Of a DNA stretch of 34,995 bases, positions 1-9,313 are shown one piece after another (the stretch's first letter is position 1; each line of letters opens with the position of its first letter). Position numbers and translations under genes: made by a program. The notes beneath the pieces were generated by a model. The model made no database searches. It was not told the DNA's origin and saw only the letters and a list, made by a program, of their open reading frames with translations. The DNA is from Candidatus Heimdallarchaeota archaeon (GTDB lineage Archaea > Asgardarchaeota > Wukongarchaeia > Wukongarchaeales > JBHIFL01): NCBI GenBank assembly GCA_046761065.1, contig JBHIFL010000047.1, positions 1 to 34,995 on the forward strand, written 5' to 3'.

Positions 1-2
1 AA

Positions 3-500
3 TTATCGTATAACAACGCGACAAGGAGGAGAAAACTTGTGATTGGCGCGTCTCAAGGCTTCTTTTACTATTTCAACATTTTCTTCATTTGCACGAACCG
101 AAATAAGAACTTGTCCCGATCTGACACGAGCTGCAGTTCCAATTGGCTTACCAAAAGCTCGTCTCATTCCGTCCTGAAGACGGTCTGCTCCAGCTACTGC
201 CATCATTTTATTTTCCCGAAGCACTTGATGAGGGTAAACCCGGATCCGCATATGATATTTATCTCTTCCAATTGTTTGTGTTAAATGGCGATTAACTAGA
301 ATCCTTGCAGCTTCAAGAGCTTCGCTCCTGATTTGAGCTGCTTCTTCTGCTATTAGATCAATTTGGATCGGAAAAACCCCCTTTGGTTCTCCAAGATCAA
401 AAAGTCGGATTTTAGGATCTGGGACACCACGCATATATTTCCGTCTAGTAAATGAAGGCCTGTCAATTTGTGAATAGCAGTGTGCTGGTCTGCGGGGCAT
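3..500 (-). CDS. rpl10e: 50S ribosomal protein L10e (uL16)
   Basis: MPRRPAHCYS...YMRGVPDPKI, QIRSEALEAARI, RVYPHQVLRENKM, GADRLQDGMRRAFGKPIGTAARV are L10e signatures. Start moved to ATG 500 (MPRRP) from the upstream ORF-track start. Confidence 0.97.
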   Translation of the reverse strand: MPRRPAHCYSQIDRPSFTRRKYMRGVPDPKIRLFDLGEPKGVFPIQIDLIAEEAAQIRSEALEAARILVNRHLTQTIGRDKYHMRIRVYPHQVLRENKMMAVAGADRLQDGMRRAFGKPIGTAARVRSGQVLISVRANEENVEIVKEALRRANHKFSPPCRVVIR

Positions 501-799
501 AATCTTCACCAGAATTGGTTTGGACTCTCTCAAACTAGATTTATTAATCTTGTGTTGTAGCAAGCCCCTAGAAAAAGAGTTGACAAAAATTTAGCATGTT
601 TCGCTTGCAACTCCTTTCTAACCTCAACACCACTCACAATACCGCCCAAACAAATAACATTTACTTTTAGTATTATTTAAATCAACCAACTTATTATAAT
701 GGAACATGAATAATCGTATTAACCTGATCTCAGTTTCCTTTAAGGCGAGGAAATTGACGATTAGAAGTAATATTGTTTATTATATTTGAGTTTGTAATT

Positions 800-3205
800 C
801 TATTCAACCTCTTGTTGTTTTTTCGGGATTTCTTTACCAAATAAAATGTTGTAATCAGAACGACGATGGCGGTATAACACAACCATCGATGAAAGAACAA
901 ATGTGAAAATAGATATGGAAATGGTCGGTAAACTTCCCTGTATTAAACCTAGTAATCCCATATCATGTGATTCAATTTTCTCAATTTGTATATATTGAGA
1001 GGTGGTTCCTAGGATTTTTTCATGACTAGTAACTATAACTTCAACGAAAACATCATTACTAACATCTGTAGGGACTTCCCAAGTAATAAAAGAATACCCT
1101 TGTAAATCTGTTTTGGATTTTGCAACATCTTTACCATCAATTCTAATGTTTATGTTCATTTCTGGAATAGGATGTGAGAAATTGTTTGATACTCTAACTC
1201 GAAAAACCACAATATCATTTAGAAAAATTTTTTCAGGAAATTCTAGATCTATAAAAAGAACAGATGGAATTATTGTAATGTTTATAGTCTTCTGAACTAT
1301 TGGATATCCTGGACTTCGTCCTTCAAGTTTTAAAAAGTGCTTTCCTAAAGAAAGTTCAGTAATATCTATCAGAAAGCTATTGGAGTTAACTTCTAGTAAA
1401 TTGCTCCCGCTCTGATTTAAGACAACTAATTCATTACTATTGTCCCACAAATAGAAAAACTCCGCAGGAATGTTAAAATGAGTTGATAGATCAATCATTT
1501 GCAATGAAATTGGTAATGGTTCATATTGTGGTATAAGCTGAGGATTATCAGTGATAAGTAAAGCTGGACGGGTAGGTACGATAATGGATGCATATTGAAT
1601 CCCAGCATAAAAACCTGTAGAGATTTGAGCAGTTACTGTATAGTTACCTTGGGGAAAATTGTATCCTATAGGGATATTTAAGAAAAGAGAGCCATCGGAG
1701 GATGCGATTTCGGATGTATTGTAGTAAATAGTATTATCTCCATCTCGTAAAAGAAATATTGTCACTGGAGATTCTAAGAAAAAACGCAATAACACGGTCA
1801 GCTGTATGATGGAATTCTGTTCTACTTCAATGGGCGATATTTGAATGGAACGAATATAATTTGGTGCATAGGCAGCGAAATGCCAGTTCCCAAATACTAG
1901 ACCCCCATAAAATTCTATCAATTTAGAATTTTCAATATATTCTATATTACATTCTTGCAATACTTCTTTGTAATGGGGATTTTGTAAAGAATATAGAGAC
2001 CACGTTGCAGGAACGCGGATTTTGATCATCTTGGGAAGAAAATGCTGAAGATTATACGTTATATTAAAAAATACATTCCAATTGATAGATGTTTGGTTTA
2101 TATAAGTGAAATCATATTTTATTAAAAGATCCTCTTGGAATAACAGATTAAACACTATAAAACCGATCATTTTAGAAGGAATAACTAATGAACCGTTAGA
2201 AACAGCCAATTGAAATCGTAAATCACCTTTTGTAAATCCTTCCACCCTTACATTATATGTATTTCTTCCGATCTCATGAAAACTGGTTCCATTCACTAAA
2301 AGTTCTAATTGGTTTGAGAGAACCTGTGATTTTAATGAAATATTGTCCACTAAAAGATGGAATTGGTAAGGGGGAGTTGCTAAGCATTCAATTAATACAC
2401 GATTTAAATTGAATAATGGAGGAAGATTTGTTTTGTTATACAAATCCAAGGAGAGAAGAATATCTGTCACATTAATAGGGCCCACATCAACCCAGTTCGA
2501 GCCCCAAGTGGTGTTTAAAAGGAAGTGAACATATCTTTTATTACCAATTGTACTATTATAATTAAATTTCTTAGGGGTCTTAGCATAAAGGAAAAAAATG
2601 ACTTCAAAGGTCAAAAAATCAAATCTAATATGAAGATCCATATTTGATTGTTGTAATAGGTTTGATTCTAATCTATTCGAGTATTGGAATGAAATAGATA
2701 AGGTATTTGAGGGTATACTCAGATTTGCATAATAGTCAACTACCCAATAAGTTGAGAATGATGTAGCATTGAAAAAAAAGAAATAATCATCCCCCTGAGG
2801 GGAAGGGACATAGTTATACACATTGGTCGAGTTTAAACGTTGGATTTCTGATAATTCAGGAGTTCCGTCTAAATTATTGACCCATCGTGTAAGATTGCTT
2901 TCTTCAGCATCTCCATTTTCAAACATTTCCACAGTCAGGTCTTCAATCCTTATATCACCCTCATAAAAAGAAGGGTTGAGAACATCAATAATATAGGGAT
3001 TTGTTAATTGAAGAGGCTGTTTCTCCGAATATTGCGTCAATTTATAAACTTCAATTTGTTTATCTACTTGTTTTGAAGACATTTCATTCTGATGCGCACC
3101 CAAATTGAAAGGATTAATTATTGATTGCTCGGAAAATAGTGAGTAAGCAGGATGAGGGACTTTAAGAACATTCGAAACGACAACAAAAGTAATAATAACA
3201 CTCAA
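800..3205 (-). CDS. Large extracellular/surface protein with N-terminal hydrophobic segment and C-terminal transmembrane anchor (probable beta-sandwich domains)
   Basis: 801-aa ORF with hydrophobic N-terminus (VIITFVVV), many N-x-S/T sequons, and a C-terminal TM helix (ISISIFTFVLSSMVVLY) followed by RHRR. Exact start uncertain because the frame is open a little upstream of the TTG. Confidence 0.75.
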   Translation of the reverse strand: MSVIITFVVVSNVLKVPHPAYSLFSEQSIINPFNLGAHQNEMSSKQVDKQIEVYKLTQYSEKQPLQLTNPYIIDVLNPSFYEGDIRIEDLTVEMFENGDAEESNLTRWVNNLDGTPELSEIQRLNSTNVYNYVPSPQGDDYFFFFNATSFSTYWVVDYYANLSIPSNTLSISFQYSNRLESNLLQQSNMDLHIRFDFLTFEVIFFLYAKTPKKFNYNSTIGNKRYVHFLLNTTWGSNWVDVGPINVTDILLSLDLYNKTNLPPLFNLNRVLIECLATPPYQFHLLVDNISLKSQVLSNQLELLVNGTSFHEIGRNTYNVRVEGFTKGDLRFQLAVSNGSLVIPSKMIGFIVFNLLFQEDLLIKYDFTYINQTSINWNVFFNITYNLQHFLPKMIKIRVPATWSLYSLQNPHYKEVLQECNIEYIENSKLIEFYGGLVFGNWHFAAYAPNYIRSIQISPIEVEQNSIIQLTVLLRFFLESPVTIFLLRDGDNTIYYNTSEIASSDGSLFLNIPIGYNFPQGNYTVTAQISTGFYAGIQYASIIVPTRPALLITDNPQLIPQYEPLPISLQMIDLSTHFNIPAEFFYLWDNSNELVVLNQSGSNLLEVNSNSFLIDITELSLGKHFLKLEGRSPGYPIVQKTINITIIPSVLFIDLEFPEKIFLNDIVVFRVRVSNNFSHPIPEMNINIRIDGKDVAKSKTDLQGYSFITWEVPTDVSNDVFVEVIVTSHEKILGTTSQYIQIEKIESHDMGLLGLIQGSLPTISISIFTFVLSSMVVLYRHRRSDYNILFGKEIPKKQQEVE

Positions 3206-3407
3206 GATTATTTTTTTGTAATTCAGCAGTTGAACCCTTTTTCTTGTCCAAAAAAGGACTTAAAAACTCACTCAACATTATCCAAAAACTTGTTGCCTAT
3301 TCTATTTTTAACACCAATAAAATTATGAACATTATTAATCAAGTATAGACACTTCACGAATAAGAGAAAAAACGTAATTCATAAAAAGTTAAGCCTAAAA
3401 AGATGGT

Positions 3408-3482
3408 TTGGCGGCTATGACCGTTCCAGCCCTGTTGAGGCAAGAAAGCCAATGACCTGGATCTTGAGTAGTGAGCCGCCAA
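3408..3482 (+). ncRNA. Candidate C/D-box guide sRNA; D guide predicted to direct 2'-O-methylation of C34 of tRNA-Leu(CAA)
   Basis: GC-rich island in an AT-rich intergenic region. Terminal stem TTGGCGGC/GCCGCCAA; C-like ATGACCG 3417-3423; D' TTGA 3435-3438; GGC-AAGAAA-GCC hairpin; C'-like ATGACCT 3452-3458; D-like GTGA 3471-3474. Guide GGATCTTGAGT is the complement of ACUCAAGAUCC. Confidence 0.65.
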
Positions 3483-3844
3483 TTCTTTAAATATGAACAA
3501 CATTAATGAATTTCAACTGTTAACCAAGATCTTTCAAATAATAAGCTGAATAATGGTTTTGAAGGAAAGAGATCTACCTAAATGCTGAAATACGCTTTGA
3601 ACATGTAGAAGATGGGAACCTTTTAATAATCAAAAGCGTTTATTTAGATGAACACTACTTCTTCCAATAATGAAACACGTTAAATGTGAATCTATCAAGA
3701 AGGCTTTAATTCAAGAAATGATACTATTTAGAACTTAAAGTGCCTATTAACCTATCAAAAGGGAAGTTTATGATCTCAGGGTATTAAATATTCATGTAGA
3801 AAATATATTTCTGATGAATATAAAATATCCAGGTGGAATAACAC

Positions 3845-6800
3845 GTGCCAAATCAAATAACACTCAAAGTTGCAGAAGCAAGGCAAAGGGATGTAGGTAG
3901 AGGGAAAGTTAGAATCGATGATGCCTCGATGCGAGCAATTGGTGTAACAACTGGTGATGTAATCGAAATAATTGGAAAGAAGCATACTGGAGCCATTTCA
4001 TGGCCAGCCTATCCAGAAGACCAAGAAGAGGGAATAATCCGGATGGATGGTATTGTCCGGAAAAATGCAGGATTGTCCTTAGGAGAGAAAGTTATAGTAA
4101 AGAAAGCGGATGTTAAGGTTGCTAAAAATTTAACCATAGCCCCTACTCAGTATTCCATTACACTTGATTATGGTTTCGAAACATTTGTGAAACGTAAGCT
4201 GCTAGGATATCCTGTTATCAAAGGCGATACAGTATTGATCCCAATTCTCGGTAGAGCAATTCCTTTTATCGTGACATCAACAAATCCTCCTGGGTTGACA
4301 CTTATTACTGATACTACCAAATTAAAAGTGACCGAAAAACCAATAAAAGAACCTGAAACCGAAATGCAGCAAATCACCTATGAAGATGTTGGTGGCTTAG
4401 ATGAGGAGATTCGGAAGATACGAGAAATGGTTGAGTTACCCCTAAAGCATCCCGAACTTTTTAAACGACTAGGAATCGATCCTCCGAAGGGAGTTCTATT
4501 GCATGGTCCTCCGGGTTGTGGAAAAACTCTCATCGCGAAAGCCGTTGCAAATGAATCAGATGCACATTTCATCTCAATACAGGGTCCTGAAATCATGTCA
4601 AAATTTTATGGTGAGTGTGTTGCTGAAGATTCGCTTGTATTTACAAATGGAAGCGGATTAAAAGTAATTAAGGACACAATTCGAGAAAATGCGGTCCATT
4701 CCATTGCTGGGCTTAATTTTGAAACCGGGCAAATTGACCTCCTCCCTGTAAAAGAACTTTTTGATAAGGGAGTCCAAGAAACACTAAGAATTACCACTCC
4801 TCACGGAAGAATAGAGGTGACACCTTCATCTCGATTGTTAACGTTGCAGGATGGAAAACCGACTTGGATCTTTGCAGATAATCTCACCATAGGGGATCAA
4901 ATTGCAAGCCCTAAGAAATTGACAACTCAACACACGGAAATTCCACTACTCCTCTCATATTTACCAGATAAGACACTTATTGGAGGTCCCGTAGTAAAGG
5001 GGTTATTTGAAAAAGCATCAGGATACGGACAAGATCCTATTATGGCACAAAAACTTGGAATAACTCAAAGAAGATATGAGGATCTTAAGTACAGTGGAAG
5101 AAAAATTCCTGCAAAATATATAAAAAAATTATACAATTTGTTCCCGGAGAAAGAACAGAATTTCTTGCGATTAGCTCCTGAACAACAAATTCCACTTTTT
5201 ATGACAACAGATTTGATGTACATCCTCGGTCTCTTAACAGGACACGGGCATCTGCGCTATTCCCACCCTACAAGCACAGTTACACAAATAATTTTGACTA
5301 CGAAAGATAATGCCATTCGGAATCGTTATTCGGAGGCTATAAAATCAACCTTTAGTATAACTCTTAAGTCAGATTCAGGCTATGAAGAAGCAATTTACTT
5401 TAACTCGAGACCAATCGGTGATTTACTGAGTAATTTGGGAATTCCCTACTCGGAAAAATCTTCTCACGTGAAAGTTCCTTCTTACGCTCTAACGCTGCCC
5501 GATCAGATGTTAATTGCATACTTGCAGGGATTATTCGATGCGGATGGAGGAATTCAACTTACTAGTGAGTCCAAGAAGAAAGGTCGAGCTATACAAATCA
5601 TCTACCTCTCCAAGAGTAAAGAGCTGGTTGAGGGAGTTAAGCTTTGTCTTCTCCGCTTTGGTATTCTCTCCACCATGGGGTATCGGGAGCGAGATCAAAT
5701 TTGGAGCCTTTATATATCTGATTTCGGATCAATAGAAAGATTCCGTAGCCATATCTCATTCACTCATAGCTCAAAATTGAAGAGACTTAAACAAGAATAT
5801 GAAATAAGTCATATCAATCCTAACTATGATCGAATCCCAGTCGCTCAATGGATTTATGAGATCGGAAAAGAGGCAGGAATTACACATCAGGAGTTCCGAC
5901 AATATCGAATCAAGCCTCGTGTGAGAAGCCTGACACGCGAACAACTCCAAACCGCCTACGAGTTGTTACACGAAAAAGGACTAGATCAGGCCAAGTTACA
6001 CTTAATTCAGAAATTGCTTAACATGGAGATCATATGGACACCTATTCGAGATATAGAGCATGGGAAAGCACATGTATATGATTTCGAAGTCCCTAGCCAT
6101 CATAATTACATAACGAATGGGATAATTGTCCATAATAGTGAAGCAAGACTGAGAGAGATATTCAAGGAAGCTGAAGAAAACGCCCCCTCAATCGTTTTTA
6201 TCGATGAACTTGATGCAATTGCACCCAAGCGTGAAGAGGTAACTGGAGAGGTTGAACGACGCGTTGTAGCACAATTATTGACTCTCATGGACGGGTTACA
6301 AACCAGAGGACAAGTGATAGTTGTTGCTGCAACAAATCGGGTTAATGCGGTAGATCCGGCGTTAAGGCGGCCTGGAAGATTTGATAGAGAGATTGAAATC
6401 GGTGTGCCTGACATCAAAGGGCGCTTCGAAATTCTTCAAATCCATACACGTGGAATGCCATTGGCTAAGGATGTGAACCTTGAAACTCTCGCTAGGGCAA
6501 TTCATGGATATGTTGGTGCTGATACGGCTGCATTGTGCCGGGAAGCCGCAATGAAAGCCCTGCGACGGTATTTACCTGAAATTAATTTAGATGAGGAGGT
6601 CATCCCCCCCAAAGTCCTAGAAAAACTAGAGGTGCGAATGAACGACTTTGTAAACGCGATGAAGGAGATCCAACCTACTGCTATTAGAGAAGTCTACATA
6701 GAAGTGCCCCAAGCGAAATGGGAAGATGTCGGAGGGCTGGAAGAAGTCAAACAAGAACTCATTGAGGCCGTGGAGTGGCCAATCAATCGTTCTGATTTAT

Positions 6801-7552
6801 TCCATAGGATTGGAATAACACCTCCCAAAGGATTATTATTACTTGGCCCTCCGGGTTGTGGAAAAACATTATTAGCACGCGCTGTAGCGAATGAGAGTGA
6901 AGCAAACTTTATCAGCGTAAAAGGACCAGAATTGTTGAGTAAATGGGTCGGAGAAAGTGAGAAGGCTGTTCGAGAAGTATTTAGAAAAGCAAGAATGGCG
7001 GCGCCTTGCATCATATTCTTTGATGAGATTGATTCAATAGCACCAAGAAGGGGCTCAAGATTTGGAGACAGTCATGTAACTGAGAGAGTAATAAGTCAAC
7101 TATTAACAGAAATGGATGGGTTGGAAGACCTTCAAAATGTTGTCGTTTTGGCAGCCACAAATAGACCCGACATCTTGGATCCGGCATTACTACGACCCGG
7201 AAGATTCGATAGACTCATATACGTTCCTTCGCCAAAATTGCCAGGGCGAATAGAAATCATCAAAATTCACACAAAAAATATGCCCTTAGCTCCCGATGTT
7301 AGTATAAAGAACCTGGCGAGTATGACCGAAGGATTTGTTGGATCAGATTTAAACGCTCTGTGCCGAGAGGCGGGAATGATTGCCCTGAGAAAACGTGGCT
7401 TGAAAGCAAAAAACGTAAAACTGTCTGATTTTGAAGAAGCCTTGAAAAAGATACATCCCACCGCTACAAAAGAAATGCTTGAATGGTACGAACGAGTAGT
7501 CCATGAGTTTAAGAGAACTGTCCCTGTAGAATCAAAACCAACTTTTGTTTAA
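3845..7552 (+). CDS. cdc48: Cdc48/VAT/p97 AAA+ ATPase, intein-containing precursor (728 aa after splicing)
   Basis: N domain ([11 protein letters not shown]), two AAA modules with GPPGCGKT Walker A, IVFIDE/IIFFDE Walker B, and [20 protein letters not shown] second regions of homology. GTG start. Confidence 0.97.
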   Translation: MPNQITLKVAEARQRDVGRGKVRIDDASMRAIGVTTGDVIEIIGKKHTGAISWPAYPEDQEEGIIRMDGIVRKNAGLSLGEKVIVKKADVKVAKNLTIAPTQYSITLDYGFETFVKRKLLGYPVIKGDTVLIPILGRAIPFIVTSTNPPGLTLITDTTKLKVTEKPIKEPETEMQQITYEDVGGLDEEIRKIREMVELPLKHPELFKRLGIDPPKGVLLHGPPGCGKTLIAKAVANESDAHFISIQGPEIMSKFYGECVAEDSLVFTNGSGLKVIKDTIRENAVHSIAGLNFETGQIDLLPVKELFDKGVQETLRITTPHGRIEVTPSSRLLTLQDGKPTWIFADNLTIGDQIASPKKLTTQHTEIPLLLSYLPDKTLIGGPVVKGLFEKASGYGQDPIMAQKLGITQRRYEDLKYSGRKIPAKYIKKLYNLFPEKEQNFLRLAPEQQIPLFMTTDLMYILGLLTGHGHLRYSHPTSTVTQIILTTKDNAIRNRYSEAIKSTFSITLKSDSGYEEAIYFNSRPIGDLLSNLGIPYSEKSSHVKVPSYALTLPDQMLIAYLQGLFDADGGIQLTSESKKKGRAIQIIYLSKSKELVEGVKLCLLRFGILSTMGYRERDQIWSLYISDFGSIERFRSHISFTHSSKLKRLKQEYEISHINPNYDRIPVAQWIYEIGKEAGITHQEFRQYRIKPRVRSLTREQLQTAYELLHEKGLDQAKLHLIQKLLNMEIIWTPIRDIEHGKAHVYDFEVPSHHNYITNGIIVHNSEARLREIFKEAEENAPSIVFIDELDAIAPKREEVTGEVERRVVAQLLTLMDGLQTRGQVIVVAATNRVNAVDPALRRPGRFDREIEIGVPDIKGRFEILQIHTRGMPLAKDVNLETLARAIHGYVGADTAALCREAAMKALRRYLPEINLDEEVIPPKVLEKLEVRMNDFVNAMKEIQPTAIREVYIEVPQAKWEDVGGLEEVKQELIEAVEWPINRSDLFHRIGITPPKGLLLLGPPGCGKTLLARAVANESEANFISVKGPELLSKWVGESEKAVREVFRKARMAAPCIIFFDEIDSIAPRRGSRFGDSHVTERVISQLLTEMDGLEDLQNVVVLAATNRPDILDPALLRPGRFDRLIYVPSPKLPGRIEIIKIHTKNMPLAPDVSIKNLASMTEGFVGSDLNALCREAGMIALRKRGLKAKNVKLSDFEEALKKIHPTATKEMLEWYERVVHEFKRTVPVESKPTFV
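4616..6136 (+). mobile_element. Intein (507 aa) with LAGLIDADG homing-endonuclease domain in the Cdc48 D1 pore loop
   Basis: Junctions KFYGE|CVAEDS ... [21 protein letters not shown]|SEARLRE. Removal restores KFYGESE, matching D2 KWVGESE. LAGLIDADG-like motifs [10 protein letters not shown] and [11 protein letters not shown]. Confidence 0.96.
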
Positions 7553-7557
7553 TTGAA

Positions 7558-7836
7558 TTGGAGAGAAAACGGTTGCCAAAAAATCTGTGGAGAAGTACAC
7601 CCCTCCACCTTATCGTCCTCGACCTACTAGAGTCAAGAAAGGGAGTTATGTTGGATACAGACCTTCAACGACTTCTCGTAAAGAAAAGTAATAACGTGTC
7701 AGAAAGTGAAATAAACAATACACTTATGCAACTAGAAATTAAAGGTCAAATAATTGTAACAAATATTAAGAAAAATCAAAAAAAAATTGAACGGATAAGA
7801 GAGGGGCAGGACTACCTTCCAGTAGGTGAAGATTAG
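7558..7836 (+). CDS. Small winged-helix-like conserved archaeal protein, co-oriented 5 bp after cdc48
   Basis: 92 aa, TTG start. Helix-helix-helix-wing pattern (VSESEINNTLMQLEIKGQIIV). Confidence 0.75.
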   Translation: MERKRLPKNLWRSTPLHLIVLDLLESRKGVMLDTDLQRLLVKKSNNVSESEINNTLMQLEIKGQIIVTNIKKNQKKIERIREGQDYLPVGED

Positions 7837-7906
7837 GCCTATTTGGCTACGGCTACATAACCAATGGAGTAAATAATAATTGCCACACTGAAAAGAAGGA
7901 CTCAAA

Positions 7907-8062
7907 ATGGCGAGAAACAAATCTTTGGCCAAAAAAATAAGAATGGCAAAAAAAACAGCACAAAATAAAGGAGTTCCCGTATGGATAATCGCGAAAACCG
8001 CAGGAAATGTACGAACTCACCCCAAAAAGAGGCAATGGCGTAATACAAGAATCAAACCGTAA
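7907..8062 (+). CDS. rpl39e: 50S ribosomal protein L39e
   Basis: Not in the ORF track (51 aa). Translates as MARNKSLAKKIRMAKKTAQNKGVPVWIIAKTAGNVRTHPKKRQWRNTRIKP* and lies directly before rpl31e, as in the conserved operon. Confidence 0.96.
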   Translation: MARNKSLAKKIRMAKKTAQNKGVPVWIIAKTAGNVRTHPKKRQWRNTRIKP

Positions 8063-8110
8063 ACTAAGCGTTTCATGTGATATAAAGGTAATAAAGAAGG
8101 ACTGAGAGCT

Positions 8111-8383
8111 TTGGCAGTAGAAGAAACCGTTATCGAAGAAAGAATTTATACGATCCCTTTCTATCCCAAACTAACTTATTCAAAGCGTGTAAAAAGAGCA
8201 CCTCGTGCTATTAGAATCCTCAGGGAATTTGTTCAACGCCATATGAAGGCAACCAATATAATAATTGCACCTGAAGTAAATAAGAGAATATGGTCAAAGG
8301 GTCGAGAAAAACCTCCAAGACGCATACGAGTTAGATGCCTTAGAACAGCTGAAGACAAGATTGAAGTCCATCTTTTAGAGTGA
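8111..8383 (+). CDS. rpl31e: 50S ribosomal protein L31e
   Basis: ERIYTIP, KRAPRAIRILREFVQRHMK, VNKRIWSKGREKPPRRIRV. Confidence 0.96.
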   Translation: MAVEETVIEERIYTIPFYPKLTYSKRVKRAPRAIRILREFVQRHMKATNIIIAPEVNKRIWSKGREKPPRRIRVRCLRTAEDKIEVHLLE

Positions 8384-8770
8384 GAATCGGTACTGACAGG
8401 ACAACTTGTAACCGGTCCTGCACCGTCCCAAGACCCCCCGTAAGCTACTACGAACCCTGCTTCGTTCAATTGCAATTCCATGTGAGCAATTTTCCCTTCT
8501 GCTTTCACAAGAAGCCTTTTCACCATTTTCAGAAAAACCTATATTATCCAACAAAAAGAAATTATTTCATGTTCTGCAGAGTTGTTCATGCGAGTATGAA
8601 TATTGACTTGATTTTCAGCCAACAAACTTAAATCGTTTTCAAAGGAGTAGAGATTAACTTTTTTACGGGTATATTTCTTTTGGTATCATGGGGGACTTAA
8701 TTCTAAGTCTAGTTTCTTACCCGAAACGGTTCTATCTTTCATCGGATATCCAAGATATTTTGTAAAAACA

Positions 8771-9289
8771 TCAATGAGTGAAAATCTCTGGAAAGACATT
8801 TAACTCCTCAGGAGCTAATGTTTTTCGCAAAAAGTCTCTCCAATCATCAAATCCTGGCTTCTTACCTAGCAATTCATATTCTTGTAAAGTGTGGTGTAAC
8901 ATATTCTCTGTTGGAATGTATATAAAAGCTGTAATTAAGTTTCTTTGAAACTGGACATTTATAATTTCGCGAGTGTAAAGGGTAGGAACTCCCTCAATCT
9001 GATCAAAGCGTACAAGTTGGCTTTTATTGATTTCAAATAAAATCCCAAAAAAGAAATATTTTTTTGCCTTCTGAATGATAGGATAGTTTGATATTCCGGG
9101 CCAAAGACGCCTAAATCCTTGTACTTTGACCGTTCCTAGAACTTTTATTTTCTCACCCCAAGGTTTCGGAGTTCTTTCAGCTGCTAAATCTTGAATTATA
9201 TCCCGAAGAAAGGTTCCATATCCGATCATACGTACAATTAAAGTTCTGGTTGTTTCTTTTAAGTTTGAAACCCCTACATTTACCTCCAT
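8771..9289 (-). CDS. Gamma-glutamylcyclotransferase (GGCT/AIG2-like) family protein
   Basis: GYGTFL loop, G-x-LFEI, LVRFDQIEG (catalytic-type Glu), LYTR and AFIY strands. Starts 24 bp after the ligase stop. Confidence 0.85.
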   Translation of the reverse strand: MEVNVGVSNLKETTRTLIVRMIGYGTFLRDIIQDLAAERTPKPWGEKIKVLGTVKVQGFRRLWPGISNYPIIQKAKKYFFFGILFEINKSQLVRFDQIEGVPTLYTREIINVQFQRNLITAFIYIPTENMLHHTLQEYELLGKKPGFDDWRDFLRKTLAPEELNVFPEIFTH

Positions 9290-9313
9290 GGATATCCCAT
9301 AGTTTAGATCTTT

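Noticed and set aside
3410-3481. tRNA, SECIS or H/ACA reading of the GC-rich stem
   Set aside because: No T-arm (GTTCRA) or D-arm, no adjacent selenoprotein, and no 3' ACA. The C/D arrangement with D+5 landing on C34 fits better.
8233-8631. ORFs 8233-8526 (-) and 8380-8631 (+)
   Set aside because: They overlap rpl31e or have non-protein-like composition, with no family motifs.
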